DNA from: Betaproteobacteria bacterium | Lineage (GTDB): Bacteria > Pseudomonadota > Gammaproteobacteria > Burkholderiales > Usitatibacteraceae | DNA: 44,181 nt | Direction of reading: 5' to 3' | NCBI GenBank assembly: GCA_016790625.1 | Contig: JAEUNB010000030.1 | Span: 1-44,181 of the forward strand | Part shown: positions 25,185 to 35,566 of the stretch, piece by piece | Layout of the letters: each line of letters begins with the position of its first letter | Position numbering within the stretch: the stretch's first letter is position 1 | Translations under genes and position numbers: made by a program | The notes under the pieces: generated by a model | What the model saw: only the letters and a program-made list of their open reading frames with translations | Told to the model about the DNA's origin: nothing | Databases searched by the model: none

Positions 25185-26681
25185 TCAGGCCCAGTCTTTG
25201 GCGCGTTCCACAGCACGCATCCATTTCTGCATCCTGGCCTGAGCCTGTTCGCGAGCAGCCCCGGGTAGGAAGACGCGATCAACGGACCAGAGCGAGGTGA
25301 TTTCAGCCGTGCTGTCCCAGAATCCGACCGCCAAGCCGGCGAGGTACGCTGCACCCAGTGCGGTTGTTTCGGTGATTTGCGGACGTATCACCTTTACACC
25401 GATCAGGTCAGCCTGGAATTGCATCAGCAGATTATTGACAGCGGCACCGCCATCGACGCGCAGTTCAGACAGAGGTATATCGGCATCATCCCGCATCGCT
25501 TGCGCGAGTTCCGCACTCTGGTAGGCAATGGCGTCGAGCGTGGCACGCGCGATATGCGCACGGGTGCTGCCACGAGTCAAACCGAGTATTGTGCCGCGTG
25601 CGTTTGCATCCCAATGCGGCGCTCCCAAGCCCGCAAAGGCGGGTACCAGAAACACGCCGCCGCTATCAGGAACCGAAGTCGCCAGCGCTTCAATTTCAGC
25701 GGAACTACCGATAATGCCGAGGCCATCGCGCAGCCACTGCACTGCTGCGCCACCAATGAACACGCTGCCCTCCAGCGCATAGTGCGTTTTTGCGCCATGT
25801 TTGCTGCCCAGCCGCCAGGCGACGGTCGAGATCAGCCGGTGCTGTGAAGTAACAGCTCGCTCGCCCGTGTTCATCAACATGAAACAACCGGTGCCGTAGG
25901 TATTCTTTGCCATGCGCGGCTCATGACAGGCTTGCCCAAACAGGGCGGCCTGCTGATCTCCCGCAACGCCGCCGATCGGGATGCCTGTCGGTAAACCCTC
26001 GCAAGCTGTATGGCCCACAACTTCGCTGGAGCTGACGATTTGCGGCAAAACACTTCGCGGAATGTCCAGTAGTGCCAGCAGTTCCTCATCCCACGCCAAA
26101 CGGTGAATATCGAACAGCATGGTGCGTGACGCATTCGATACATCCGTGGCATGGAGCTTGCCTCCGGTCAGATTCCATATGAGCCAGCTATCGATGGTGC
26201 CAAAAGCCAATTCCCCGCGAGTCGCTTTTTCCCGTGCGCCCGGAACATGATCCAGCAGCCATCTGAGCTTGGTGCCGGAAAAATAGGCATCGACCACCAA
26301 CCCGGTTTTCGCGCGAATTCGATTTTCATGCCCATCAGCCTTGAGTTGGTCGCAGATTGCGGCGGTGCGCCGGTCCTGCCAGACAATGGCTGGCGCGACG
26401 GGCTTTCCGCTGGCCCGGTCCCACAAGATTGTGGTTTCACGCTGGTTGGTAATGCCGATCGCTCCGATGTCGGCGGCAGCCAGCGCCGACTGTTGCAACG
26501 CGGATTGGGTAACGCGCAATTGCGTGCGCCAGATTTCCTCGCCGTCGTGCTCCACCCAGCCCGGCTCAGGGAAGTGCTGGGTGAATTCCTGCTGGGCGAG
26601 CGCAAGAATATGACCGGTTCTATCGAAAAGCAGCGCACGCGAGCTTGTCGTGCCTTGATCGAGGGATAAAATGGCCTTCAT
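25185..26681 (-). CDS. glpK: Glycerol kinase
   Basis: 498 aa from the internal ATG of track ORF 25185..27641. [51 protein letters not shown] ... GITNQRETT ... FHGK family sugar kinase. The 320-codon upstream extension is antisense to a better + strand gene. Confidence 0.93.
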   Translation of the reverse strand: MKAILSLDQGTTSSRALLFDRTGHILALAQQEFTQHFPEPGWVEHDGEEIWRTQLRVTQSALQQSALAAADIGAIGITNQRETTILWDRASGKPVAPAIVWQDRRTAAICDQLKADGHENRIRAKTGLVVDAYFSGTKLRWLLDHVPGAREKATRGELAFGTIDSWLIWNLTGGKLHATDVSNASRTMLFDIHRLAWDEELLALLDIPRSVLPQIVSSSEVVGHTACEGLPTGIPIGGVAGDQQAALFGQACHEPRMAKNTYGTGCFMLMNTGERAVTSQHRLISTVAWRLGSKHGAKTHYALEGSVFIGGAAVQWLRDGLGIIGSSAEIEALATSVPDSGGVFLVPAFAGLGAPHWDANARGTILGLTRGSTRAHIARATLDAIAYQSAELAQAMRDDADIPLSELRVDGGAAVNNLLMQFQADLIGVKVIRPQITETTALGAAYLAGLAVGFWDSTAEITSLWSVDRVFLPGAAREQAQARMQKWMRAVERAKDWA

Positions 26682-26831
26682 GAATGACTTGATAAAGATG
26701 GGCTGACACAGATAAATTCTGTGCGGTAAAATGTTTACATAATTTGCGCGGCAGTTGGAACGATCTGGCTCTTGGACGGATCCGCCGTTCGCAACTACAG
26801 CATAACGCACTATCGAAACACCGGAGACCAC

Positions 26832-27632
26832 ATGGGACTGCTCGACGACCTCAAGAAAGAGGCCGACACCCTCAAAAATCAGGAAGCGGCTCGCACGCAA
26901 TCCATCAAGGCCAACGCGGCTGCGGTGGATCGCGCCCTGCGCAAGACCTTTCACTACATGAACGAGCTGTTCAAGCAGCTCAATGTGGTCAAGCCCGCGT
27001 GCCCTCGAACCTACGATTTGCAAACCGTGGGCAAGATTGATGGCTTGGTGCAGTCGGATTACCGCATTGAGTTCCGCACCTCGCAGCGCGAAAACGCCGA
27101 GCATTACGAAAATCTGACTGTCACCTTCAAGCGCAGCAAGCCGGAGCAGATGACGGTAAAACGTGAGGCTGAGCAGATTGAGCGATTCCGCGATCTGCTG
27201 TGGCAGAACAATATGCGCTTTACGTCCGAGCCGTTCCGCAACGAGCGCCGCGTGATCATCATGGAAGTGTTCAAGATCAATTGCGACGTGATTTGCGGTG
27301 CTGAAATCGTCGGTGATTACGATAGCGGCGCAATCCGTTTCAAGCTGAAGAATGTCGAGGATTTCGGCCCGACGGTCTACACCCTGGAACCGGATTCGGT
27401 GAACGACCAATCTCTGGAAGACTTGGCCAAGCTGTTTATCGGCAAGGACTCCAATTTCAAGAACTACAACCGGCGTCCGGCGTTCAATCCGAGTGCGACC
27501 GGCCAGTTTGCCAAGACTCAGCCCAAGGTTCCCCAGTACATGGCCAATCCGGTGCCTGAGCGTGAGGAAGAAGAAAAGAAAAGCGGTTTGTTCGGCTCGC
27601 TGAAATCGGTGTTCAAGAAGCCATCTGAATAA
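26832..27632 (+). CDS. Hypothetical cytoplasmic protein, no family recognised
   Basis: 266 aa from an ATG with GGAG 7 nt upstream (codon 21 of the track ORF). Third-codon-position GC is high and the composition is balanced: [40 protein letters not shown]...; acidic/Lys-rich tail [24 protein letters not shown]. No TM helix or signal peptide. Confidence 0.7.
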   Translation: MGLLDDLKKEADTLKNQEAARTQSIKANAAAVDRALRKTFHYMNELFKQLNVVKPACPRTYDLQTVGKIDGLVQSDYRIEFRTSQRENAEHYENLTVTFKRSKPEQMTVKREAEQIERFRDLLWQNNMRFTSEPFRNERRVIIMEVFKINCDVICGAEIVGDYDSGAIRFKLKNVEDFGPTVYTLEPDSVNDQSLEDLAKLFIGKDSNFKNYNRRPAFNPSATGQFAKTQPKVPQYMANPVPEREEEEKKSGLFGSLKSVFKKPSE

Positions 27633-27647
27633 GCGGTACAAATAATG

Positions 27648-27683
27648 AAAAAAGCCGCGTCATGGACGCGGCTTTTTTGTTTT
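27648..27683. terminator. Bidirectional rho-independent terminator
   Basis: AAAAAAGCCGCGTC-atg-GACGCGGCTTTTTT, a perfect 14-bp symmetric stem including the A and T tracts. It lies between the convergent stops at 27632 (+) and 27697 (-). Confidence 0.88.
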
Positions 27684-27696
27684 GGAACGATGCGTT

Positions 27697-28569
27697 TTAG
27701 CGTTTGCCCTGCAAAGCAGCAATGCGCTCTTCGATCGGCGGATGGCTGGAGAACAGCGCCATGAAACCTGCCTTGTCGCTGATCCCGGAGGCCGCCATGC
27801 TCTTCGGCAGTTCGCCAGCTTCTACCCCGCCCAGACGTGCCAGTGCCTTCATCATCGGCTGCGGTGTGCCCATCAGCGAGGCGGCACCGGCATCGGCACG
27901 GAATTCACGTTGGCGCGAGAACCAGGCAACGATGATAGACGCCAGCAATCCGAAGACGATTTGGCACACGATGTCGGTCGCGTAGTAGCCAATTCCGGGG
28001 CCATCGCGGTCGTTCTTCAGCACCACGCGATCGACGAAGTAGCCAACGACTTTCGACATGAATACGACGAAAGTGTTGACGACACCCTGTATCAGGGTCA
28101 GCGTTACCATGTCGCCATTGACGATGTGCGCGACTTCGTGCGCCAGCACCGCTTCGACTTCTTCCTTGGTCATGGATTCGAGCAGACCGGTGGAAACTGC
28201 AACCAGCGAGGAATTCTTGAACGCGCCCGTGGCAAACGCATTCGGGGCACCCTCGTAAATCGCCACTTCCGGCATGCCGATATTGCCCTTGTTGGCCAAG
28301 CGGCGAACCGTTTCGACCAGCCAGCGCTCGGTTTCGTTTTGCGGGTTATCGATCACCTGCGCGCCGGTGCTCCATTTCGCCATTGGCTTGGAGATTAGGA
28401 GCGAGAAAATCGCGCCGGTGAAGCCGACCACGGCTGAAAACGCCAGCAGCATCGGCAGATTCAAGCCTTTACCAGCGAGGAACTGGTTAACGCCCAGCAG
28501 GCTGGTAATGATGCCCAGCACAAGCATAACGGCCAAGTTAGTCAGCAGAAATAAAACAACACGTTTCAT
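27697..28569 (-). CDS. htpX: Heat-shock membrane zinc protease HtpX (M48B)
   Basis: 290 aa from the internal ATG ([26 protein letters not shown]). HEXXH motif ([13 protein letters not shown]), and the C-terminus [14 protein letters not shown] is typical of HtpX. Confidence 0.92.
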   Translation of the reverse strand: MKRVVLFLLTNLAVMLVLGIITSLLGVNQFLAGKGLNLPMLLAFSAVVGFTGAIFSLLISKPMAKWSTGAQVIDNPQNETERWLVETVRRLANKGNIGMPEVAIYEGAPNAFATGAFKNSSLVAVSTGLLESMTKEEVEAVLAHEVAHIVNGDMVTLTLIQGVVNTFVVFMSKVVGYFVDRVVLKNDRDGPGIGYYATDIVCQIVFGLLASIIVAWFSRQREFRADAGAASLMGTPQPMMKALARLGGVEAGELPKSMAASGISDKAGFMALFSSHPPIEERIAALQGKR

Positions 28570-28648
28570 AGAGTCAGTTCTCCGTGAAAAAAGGGTTACA
28601 GCGCGCGCATTGTACCTTTGTCGGATGACAACCACGCCTTGAACGGGA

Positions 28649-28675
28649 CAATGGGGACAATGCCGGTATTTTCAA
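28649..28675 (-). promoter_or_regulatory. Sigma32 (RpoH)-type heat-shock promoter upstream of htpX
   Basis: Minus strand reads aTTGAAA-N13-CCCCATTG (-35 at 28675-28670, -10 at 28656-28649), about 80 nt upstream of the htpX ATG. It matches the enterobacterial consensus CTTGAAA-N13/14-CCCCATnT. Confidence 0.6.
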
Positions 28676-28764
28676 TGCTTCGCAAGCCGACTTTGCGACC
28701 GTTTAACTTGCTGCTTTGGCAGCATTTTTGGCGGAAAGTTTGTGCGTCCGGAAGATTTTTCGGT

Positions 28765-29913
28765 CTATCCAGTCGTTCGCCGGCGAATCCGGTCGGCAAA
28801 TACGCCGCCGCCAATCAGGACCGCCGCAATCGTCCAGAAAACCGGCAGCATGCCGAGGGCGGCGCCGACCGCGCCAAACATCAACGGCATGACGGTTTGG
28901 CTGCCGTTGATGAGCGTGGTTCGCAGCCCTAGCGCCTCGCCGGCGCGCCCCGGCGGAGCGGACTCATGCAATAGCGTCAGCACCATGGGTTGAGGCGCAC
29001 CCAGGCCCAACCCGAGTAAGAATATCAGCGGCATCATCAGGCCGATATGCGTGGTGAAGGAGAGCGCAAAGAAACTCGCGCCCGACACCAGCAGGGCGGT
29101 CACCAGCATGGTCCAGGGTTTGACGCGGTGGACGAAAAACGGCATCGCCAACCGCACGGCAAAAGTGGCGGCGGCAAAGGTGCCCATTACGATGCCAATT
29201 TCGGATGCCGACAGGCCAATGCGGATGCCGTGTACCGGAATGGCAAAGTTATAGACGTCCCACGATACCGTCAGGATAGCCATGGTGATGAAAAGGTTTC
29301 GCAGCGGCGTGTCGCGCAGCAGGTCGAATACATCGCCGGCGGCCGCGCCGTGCGGTCTTGGGGTGGGCTTGGGAAATGGAATTTGCCTCATCGCCAGAGC
29401 GAGTATTGGCAGCACCGTGAACAGCGCGAGCAAGAGAAATGTGACGCGATGGCCGAATCGATCGATGCCGACGCCGGAAAGAATCGGCCCGATAAAGCCG
29501 GAGGTGGAAAAGCCCAGCGCGACATAGCTGAAGTTGATAGGCCGCTCTTCAGGTGTCGAAAGCTCGCCCACCGCGTGATAGGCGGCGACATTAATCAGCA
29601 TGAAAGCCACGCCGACGATGATGCTGGTGGCATATAGCGTGATGAGCCCCGGAAACACGAACGGCAGCAGGGTGCCGAAACCGACGGCTACAGAGCCCAG
29701 CATCATCGGTTTTTCCATGCCAATTCGGTCCACCCAGCGGCCCGCCGATACCGACAACAGCGCGGGTAGCAAGGCGTACATCGCCATCAGGATGCCGACG
29801 GTCAACGCCGACGCACCCTCATGAATGGCAAACAGGGTGACCGTCACGCGGCTGCCGTTGAAAGCCACGTGATCGAGCACCATGAGAATGATGATGAGCG
29901 GGAGCGGACGCAT
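28765..29913 (-). CDS. MFS transporter
   Basis: 382 aa, about 12 TM helices. The loop motif GRWVDRIG between TM2 and TM3 is characteristic of the MFS. Confidence 0.8.
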   Translation of the reverse strand: MRPLPLIIILMVLDHVAFNGSRVTVTLFAIHEGASALTVGILMAMYALLPALLSVSAGRWVDRIGMEKPMMLGSVAVGFGTLLPFVFPGLITLYATSIIVGVAFMLINVAAYHAVGELSTPEERPINFSYVALGFSTSGFIGPILSGVGIDRFGHRVTFLLLALFTVLPILALAMRQIPFPKPTPRPHGAAAGDVFDLLRDTPLRNLFITMAILTVSWDVYNFAIPVHGIRIGLSASEIGIVMGTFAAATFAVRLAMPFFVHRVKPWTMLVTALLVSGASFFALSFTTHIGLMMPLIFLLGLGLGAPQPMVLTLLHESAPPGRAGEALGLRTTLINGSQTVMPLMFGAVGAALGMLPVFWTIAAVLIGGGVFADRIRRRTTG

Positions 29914-29934
29914 TTGAGCTGGATTATCAAATAA

Positions 29935-30828
29935 TTATCGGGACGGAACTTCTGATCGTTTCATGGCCATCGCCACACCGATCGAGGTGATGACAATGCC
30001 GGCAATCGATAACGCGGTTGGTATGACGCCGAATACAAAATACTCCATCGCAACGGCAAAAACTGGTGGCAGGTAAAGCATGCTGGTGACGCGCGTCGCT
30101 TCACCGCGACGCATCAGTGTGTGCAATGCGTTGACGCCAAGAATCGAGGCAAAGATGACCAGAAAAGCGATCGAGCCAAACAATGCCCAGCTCCACTGCA
30201 CCTGGAAATCCTCAAACACGAGGCCCAGCGGCGCCAGCACCAGCAGCGACGCCGCGAACTGGATCAAGGCACCGCTACGCAGGTCGACCTTCGGACAGAA
30301 GCGGCGCTGATAGAGCGTGCCACCGGTGAGTGAGACCAGGCCGATAAAAACGGCGATCAGGCTGCCGGGGGTGACGGCGCGAATATCGATCTTGTGCCAG
30401 ACAATCAGGGCCACACCGGCAAATCCGATGGCGATGCCGGCCCACTGAAGGCGGCCGATGCGCTCGCCGAACCAGCCGATGGCGATAACAGCGGTTGCCA
30501 GCGGCTGCAGGGCGAGTATCACGGCGGCAATCCCCGCCGACATGCCGAGGTATTGCGCATAGTGGCTGCCGGACAGGTGCACCGCGTGCATCAGCAGGCC
30601 GGCAACGACGACGTGAAACCATTCCCCGCGAGACGAAGGCCATGCCGGTTTCAGCCAAAGCACCAGAGGTATCAGGCACAACAGGCCAAACACGAAGCGC
30701 AGCGCCAGGAAAGTGAAAGGCGCAGCGTACTGGATGCCCACCTTGGTGGCGATAAAACCCGAACCCCAGATCACCACGAAATACCAGGCGAGCAGGATGT
30801 CAGTGCGGTGAGGGTGCGATGCGCTCAA
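29935..30828 (-). CDS. DMT-superfamily (EamA-like) transporter
   Basis: 297 aa, 10 TM helices in two EamA-like halves (ILLAWYFVVIWGSGFIATKVG...). It ends 21 nt upstream of the MFS gene. Confidence 0.8.
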   Translation of the reverse strand: MSASHPHRTDILLAWYFVVIWGSGFIATKVGIQYAAPFTFLALRFVFGLLCLIPLVLWLKPAWPSSRGEWFHVVVAGLLMHAVHLSGSHYAQYLGMSAGIAAVILALQPLATAVIAIGWFGERIGRLQWAGIAIGFAGVALIVWHKIDIRAVTPGSLIAVFIGLVSLTGGTLYQRRFCPKVDLRSGALIQFAASLLVLAPLGLVFEDFQVQWSWALFGSIAFLVIFASILGVNALHTLMRRGEATRVTSMLYLPPVFAVAMEYFVFGVIPTALSIAGIVITSIGVAMAMKRSEVPSR

Positions 30829-30849
30829 ACGTCTGTCATCAGAAGGGGG

Positions 30850-30914
30850 AACTCAAGCACCGGTGCGGCCTCCAGAAAGAAAATAGCTGTAAAACCGCGC
30901 CAGTGCTTGAGTTC
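30850..30914. repeat. REP-like inverted repeat, copy 4
   Basis: GAACTCAAGCACCGGTGCGG (30850-30869) and CCGCGCCAGTGCTTGAGTTC (30895-30914). CTCAAGC/GCTTGAG is a compensatory double change relative to CTCCAGC/GCTGGAG. It lies 21 nt 3' of the GMC oxidoreductase stop. Confidence 0.8.
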
Positions 30915-30934
30915 GTGGTTTGAGTTCGGCGAGC

Positions 30935-32569
30935 TCACGCGCGTTGCTTGCGGTCTTCGCGAATCATTTCGCTCGCGCGCTCGGCAATCATGATGGTCGG
31001 CGAATTGGTATTGCCGGACACGATGGTCGGCATGATTGAAGCATCGACCACGCGCAGCCGGTCAATGCCGTGCACTCGCAGGCGTGCGTCGACGACTGCC
31101 ATCGGATCGCTGGCGACACCCATCTTGCAGGTACCAACCGGATGAAAAATGGTGGTGCCGATATTGCCGGCGGCGCTGATCAGCGCTTCGTCGCTGGCGT
31201 AGGCAGGACCGGGCATGAATTCCTGTGGCTGGTATTTCGCCAATGCGGGAGAGGCGGAGATGCGTCGCGTCAGCTTGAGCGAATCGATGGCGACTTGCCG
31301 GTCGGTGTCGGTGGACAGATAGTTGGGTTGAATGGCCGGCGCCTTCAACGGATCGTTGCTCTGGATGCGGACGAATCCGCGGCTCTCGGGCCGCAGATTG
31401 CATACGCTGGCGGTGAAGGCGGGAAAGGGATGCGGCGGATCACCGAACTTGTCCAGCGACAGCGGTTGCACGTGATATTCGACGTTGGCACTTGCCATAT
31501 CCGGGCTCGATTTGGCAAAGGCCCCCAACTGCGATGGCGCCATCGTCAGTGGCCCGGTACGGAACAATGCGTATTGCAGCCCCATTTTGGCTTTGCCCAA
31601 CCAACTGTTGGCTTGTTCGTTCAGCGTCGGCACACCTTGCACTTTGAATGCCATGCGCAGTTGCAGGTGATCCTGCAGATTCTCGCCGACACCCGGCAGG
31701 ATGTGGCGTATGTCGATGCCCTGTTGCTGCAGCAGCCGGCCCGGGCCTATGCCGGAAAGCTGTAGCAGCTGTGGCGAATTGATCGCACCGGAGGCGAGGA
31801 TGGTTTCCATGCGCGCTTCGGCAACGAATGTCTCACCATTGCGCAGGAATTCGATGCCGCGGGCTTGGCGCGAACCGTCTCGGGTGTTCATGACAATCTC
31901 TTTGGCATGAACGCCGGTCAGCACGGTGAGATTCGGCCGTTGCATCGCCGGACGCAAAAAGGCTTTTGATGCATTCCAACGCACGCCAGTGCGCTGATTC
32001 ACCTGAAAGCGCGCCGAACCGAAATTGTCGCCGCCGTTGAAATCGGCAATTTTCGGAATGCCGCATTGCTCCGCCGCGTCGCGCCATGCATGGAGGATCT
32101 TCCAGTCCAGCCGCTGCTCTTCCACCCGCCATTCGCCGCCGGCGCCGTGAATATCGCTGCCGCCGCCGTAATGATCCTCGGAGCGTTTGAAAACCGGAAA
32201 CACATCGTTCCACGACCAGCCTGGGTTGCCCAGCGCCGCCCATTCGTCGTAATCGCGTGCCTGACCGCGCATGTACACCATCGCGTTGATCGACGAGCAG
32301 CCGCCCAGCACCTTGCCGCGGGCGTACAGGATCGAACGACCATTGAGGCCCTCGCATGGCTCGGTGCGATAACACCAGTCGGTGCGCGGATTGCCGATGC
32401 AATACAGATATCCGACCGGAATATGAATCCAGATCCAGTCATCCTTGCCGCCGGCTTCCAGCAACAGCACGCTGACATCGGGGTCGGCCGAGAGCCGGTT
32501 GGCCAGTACGCAGCCGGCGGTGCCGGCACCAACAATGACGTAGTCGAAGGTGCCGAATGATTGGGGCAT
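30935..32569 (-). CDS. GMC-family FAD oxidoreductase (choline/alcohol dehydrogenase-like)
   Basis: 544 aa from the internal [46 protein letters not shown]...[18 protein letters not shown]...; C-terminal HPVGTCKMG matches the GMC signature. Confidence 0.88.
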   Translation of the reverse strand: MPQSFGTFDYVIVGAGTAGCVLANRLSADPDVSVLLLEAGGKDDWIWIHIPVGYLYCIGNPRTDWCYRTEPCEGLNGRSILYARGKVLGGCSSINAMVYMRGQARDYDEWAALGNPGWSWNDVFPVFKRSEDHYGGGSDIHGAGGEWRVEEQRLDWKILHAWRDAAEQCGIPKIADFNGGDNFGSARFQVNQRTGVRWNASKAFLRPAMQRPNLTVLTGVHAKEIVMNTRDGSRQARGIEFLRNGETFVAEARMETILASGAINSPQLLQLSGIGPGRLLQQQGIDIRHILPGVGENLQDHLQLRMAFKVQGVPTLNEQANSWLGKAKMGLQYALFRTGPLTMAPSQLGAFAKSSPDMASANVEYHVQPLSLDKFGDPPHPFPAFTASVCNLRPESRGFVRIQSNDPLKAPAIQPNYLSTDTDRQVAIDSLKLTRRISASPALAKYQPQEFMPGPAYASDEALISAAGNIGTTIFHPVGTCKMGVASDPMAVVDARLRVHGIDRLRVVDASIMPTIVSGNTNSPTIMIAERASEMIREDRKQRA

Positions 32570-32694
32570 GACTTCCAAAGTGTATGCGTGGCGTTGCGGC
32601 GACCAGCCGTTAGAATAGAACTGAATAGTGCCACATGCGGGCCTCACAATAAATTGCGGCGCTTCGTACCGCGCCGGGCATTCAGGAGGGTGGG

Positions 32695-34545
32695 TTGAAC
32701 GTTTCGGCAATCGTCGACAAAGGGCTGAAACTGCGTACGTCGCAGAACATCGTCCAGTTGGCAGTGGCGATTTTGCTGTTTTCGTTCTTGTTGCGCGTGC
32801 CGACCACTGAGCTGGCAATTCTCAGCGTGCTTGAAAGACTGTCATTCGACTTGCAGATCAAGCTGCTGCGCGAAATACGTCCTCAGCCGGCCGCGGTCGA
32901 ACCGGTCTTAATTGGCATTGACGAAGGTACGGAGGATGCATTCGAGGAGCCGTTGGCGATGTGGCATCGGCATCTGGGGAAGACCATGCAGGCGCTGGCC
33001 ATTGCCAAGCCAAAGCTGGTGGGAATGGACGTGGTGTTGCCACCGAAATCGTTCGACAAAATTCTGCCGGGTCTCGATTTTGCGTTTGTCGTTGGATTGA
33101 GGAGATTGCAGGATGTCGCGCCGCTGGTGGTGGTGAACACAGTTGATCGGACCGGCAAACTGGCCTCCATTCACCCGCCTTTTCTCCGCATGCTCGGGGA
33201 CGATGCGTTTGGCCTTGATAAGCACCTTGAAGACCCTGATCGCGTGTCGCGGCGCTTCAGCGAGAGCGAGGTGCTGATAAAAGGCGCTGACTTTCCAACG
33301 TTTGTCGGACGCATTGCGCGTGTGCTCGGGCGCGAAGTGCAGGAAGGCTATATCGACTTCACGGTAGGCGGTCTCGTCCAGTATGTGCCGATCCAACAAG
33401 TGATCGGCTGGCTGGAGGCCGGCGATATCGAACAATTGCGGCGCCGTTTTGGCGGGCGAGTGGTTTTGATTGGCAACGTAACCCAGACCCAGGATCGCTG
33501 GAATCTGCCGGTGCCGTTGTCGGACTGGGAGCGGCTCAACTCAGGTGAGCTCAAGCTCAATCAGCCGGGTGTCATGGTCCATTTCCAGAGCCTGCGCAGC
33601 ATGTTGGGCGATGGTTTGATCGTGCCAATACCGGTCTGGGTGAAGTGGTCAATCTGCGCACTGCTGCTTACGTTTGTCTTCGTGCCATCCAACTGGCGCA
33701 CTTATGTGTTCGCGTTCCTGGTTGCACCGATTCTGTTTTTTGTCATTTCAGTGACCCTGATCACAGCGAAAATTCTGATTCCGGCCGTAACCTTTCTCGT
33801 GTTGCTGTGGATTTCGGTTATGGTCGGCGCGGTCGCGGATGGCACACGAACCTTGCTGGAGAAGAATCGGCTTAAGCGGTCATTTTCCGGCAGTGTTTCC
33901 CCTGCGGTCCTGCACGAAATGCTGGCGGGAAACCTGGCGGGAGGCGTATCGGCAAAGACGGCGGAGATATGCGTGATGTTCAGCGACATTCGTGGTTTTA
34001 CGGGGTTGTCCGAAACACTCTCCCCCGAAGCGGTCACCAGCCTGCTGACGCGCTACTTCGACAGCATGGTGAAATGCGTGCACCGCCACGACGGCACCAT
34101 GGATAAATTCATGGGTGACGGCATGATGGTGCTGTTTGGCGCGCCGAGGCGGGCGGGCAATATTTGCGTAAACGCCGTCAATTGCGCCTTCGATATGGTG
34201 GAAGAGCTCAAGAAACTCAACGAGGAGTTCGCGGCCGAAGGGCTGCCCCACGTCGAGATTGGAATCGGCATAAACTACGGCAAAGTCGTGGTTGGCAATA
34301 TCGGCTCGACCGAACGGCATAACTATTCAGCTATCGGCGACGCGGTCAATGTGGCATCCCGGGTTGAGGGATTGACCAAACGGCTGGGAAAGCCGATTGT
34401 GTTTACCGATTCGGTCAAAGAGCAGTTGGGTCAGGGGTTCGACATGATCGATTTTGGCGAGCAGCCGATAAGAGGACATAGTCCCATGCGGCTGTGGGGT
34501 GTGCAGGCGGTACCACCAAGACTGGCGGCGCCTGCGGGGCATTAG
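32695..34545 (+). CDS. CHASE2 sensor-domain class III adenylate cyclase
   Basis: 616 aa, TTG start 5 nt after AGGAGG. N-terminal TM helix, then a CHASE2-like extracytoplasmic region (VLIGIDEGTEDAFEEPLAMWHRHLGKTMQALAIAKPKLVGMDVVL), then a block of about three TM helices (nt 33640-33850). The cyclase domain carries FSDIRGFTGLSE, DKFMGDGMMVLFGAP and YSAIGDAVNVASR. Lys in DKFMGD and Ser in YSAIGD suggest ATP specificity (class IIIb-like). Confidence 0.85.
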   Translation: MNVSAIVDKGLKLRTSQNIVQLAVAILLFSFLLRVPTTELAILSVLERLSFDLQIKLLREIRPQPAAVEPVLIGIDEGTEDAFEEPLAMWHRHLGKTMQALAIAKPKLVGMDVVLPPKSFDKILPGLDFAFVVGLRRLQDVAPLVVVNTVDRTGKLASIHPPFLRMLGDDAFGLDKHLEDPDRVSRRFSESEVLIKGADFPTFVGRIARVLGREVQEGYIDFTVGGLVQYVPIQQVIGWLEAGDIEQLRRRFGGRVVLIGNVTQTQDRWNLPVPLSDWERLNSGELKLNQPGVMVHFQSLRSMLGDGLIVPIPVWVKWSICALLLTFVFVPSNWRTYVFAFLVAPILFFVISVTLITAKILIPAVTFLVLLWISVMVGAVADGTRTLLEKNRLKRSFSGSVSPAVLHEMLAGNLAGGVSAKTAEICVMFSDIRGFTGLSETLSPEAVTSLLTRYFDSMVKCVHRHDGTMDKFMGDGMMVLFGAPRRAGNICVNAVNCAFDMVEELKKLNEEFAAEGLPHVEIGIGINYGKVVVGNIGSTERHNYSAIGDAVNVASRVEGLTKRLGKPIVFTDSVKEQLGQGFDMIDFGEQPIRGHSPMRLWGVQAVPPRLAAPAGH

Positions 34546-34572
34546 CAGTTTGGGATGTTTTTTCGGGAGACC

Positions 34573-35427
34573 ATGATGAATACAAAACTGATACTGGCAG
34601 CAACGGCGTTTGCCTCGTTCGCACTCACGACGCAGGCGCAGAGCGGCATTGCTTTTATTACCGACGTCAAAGGCGAAGCGGCCATGGATGCGGGCAAGGC
34701 GACGCTGATGGCGGAGCTGAAAAAAGGCGCCCGGGTCACTTGCGCCAAGGAATGCATGGTCGGTGTGATGTATCTGCTGTCCGGCAAAGAGTATGTGCTT
34801 AAAGGGCCGGGAGACTTCGTGGTTGGCGACAACGAGGTTTCGGCCAAGATCGGCCCGCCGCCAACCGTGCGCGAGACAAAATGGAAAGTGTCGTCGCAGG
34901 TTGTCGCGCAAACCGCGCAGTCTTCCAGCGCATCGATTCGCATGCGCAGCCTGGGTGGCGGCAATAAGGCAGAGGCCCCGTTGCCGGCCGAGCGCCTGAT
35001 TTATCCGCGCGACACCAAGGTGGCAACACTGCAGCCGGCCTTCCGCTGGGCCTCGGCCAACGCCAAGGGACCGTTCGAGTTCGAACTGAAGGCCGCCGGC
35101 AGCGCCAAGCCGGTGCACAAGGCGAAGTCAAGCTCGCTCGGTCTCACCTTGCCCGGCAATGTGCGGCTGCAGCCGGACATGGAATACAGCTGGGTGGTGA
35201 AATCCGGCGCCGTGGACGTGGGCATGACGACGTTCAAGACCCTGCCGACGCATGCGCTGGAATTGACGCAGAAACGCAAGCCCGACGACAAGGCGCCATT
35301 TTCGGACTGGCTGCTGTTTGCCCTGACGCTGAAGGATGTAAACGCTGATCAGGATGCGGCGGAAGTATGGGCCAAGCTGGCCAAGGAGCGCCCGGACTTG
35401 CCGGAATTGGCGGCATTGGCAAAATAG
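34573..35427 (+). CDS. Secreted protein of unknown function: FecR-like N-terminal half, DUF928-like C-terminal half (tentative)
   Basis: ATG 27 nt after the cyclase stop, with GGGAGA upstream. Signal peptide MMNTKLILAATAFASFALTTQAQ. N-terminal half GIAFITDVKGEAAMDAGKATLMAELKKGARVTCAKECMVGVMYLLSGKEYVLKGPGDFVV. C-terminal half has ATLQPAFRWASANAKGPFEFELK and LQPDMEYSWVV. The family resemblance is from memory only. Confidence 0.7.
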   Translation: MMNTKLILAATAFASFALTTQAQSGIAFITDVKGEAAMDAGKATLMAELKKGARVTCAKECMVGVMYLLSGKEYVLKGPGDFVVGDNEVSAKIGPPPTVRETKWKVSSQVVAQTAQSSSASIRMRSLGGGNKAEAPLPAERLIYPRDTKVATLQPAFRWASANAKGPFEFELKAAGSAKPVHKAKSSSLGLTLPGNVRLQPDMEYSWVVKSGAVDVGMTTFKTLPTHALELTQKRKPDDKAPFSDWLLFALTLKDVNADQDAAEVWAKLAKERPDLPELAALAK

Positions 35428-35455
35428 CCGCCCAGCACGACTTTAGTCCTACAAG

Positions 35456-35496
35456 AACGGCGTTCCGACGTGGTCGGTGCGCCGTTTTTTGCTTTT
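35456..35496 (+). terminator. Rho-independent terminator
   Basis: AACGGCG-tt-CCGAC-gtg-GTCGG-tg-CGCCGTT followed by TTTTgcTTTT. It starts 29 nt after the 35427 stop. Confidence 0.75.
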
Positions 35497-35566
35497 AGAC
35501 ACGATTGAGTCATCGCTAGGGGGCACGATTTGCGCAATAATCGGGAGAAATACCTATAGCAGTCTT

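Noticed and set aside
26682-27641. 320-codon upstream extension of glpK (track 25185..27641, 818 aa)
   Set aside because: Glycerol kinases are about 500 aa and [15 protein letters not shown] is the canonical N-terminus. The extension is Leu/Arg/His-rich and antisense to a + strand ORF with proper GC3 bias, a ribosome-binding site and a terminator.
28695-28722. Hairpin TGCTGC-tttg-GCAGCA followed by TTTTT, a possible terminator
   Set aside because: It is oriented for the + strand, where no gene precedes it. On the minus strand (downstream of the MFS gene) the T-tract is on the wrong side. The stem is only 6 bp.
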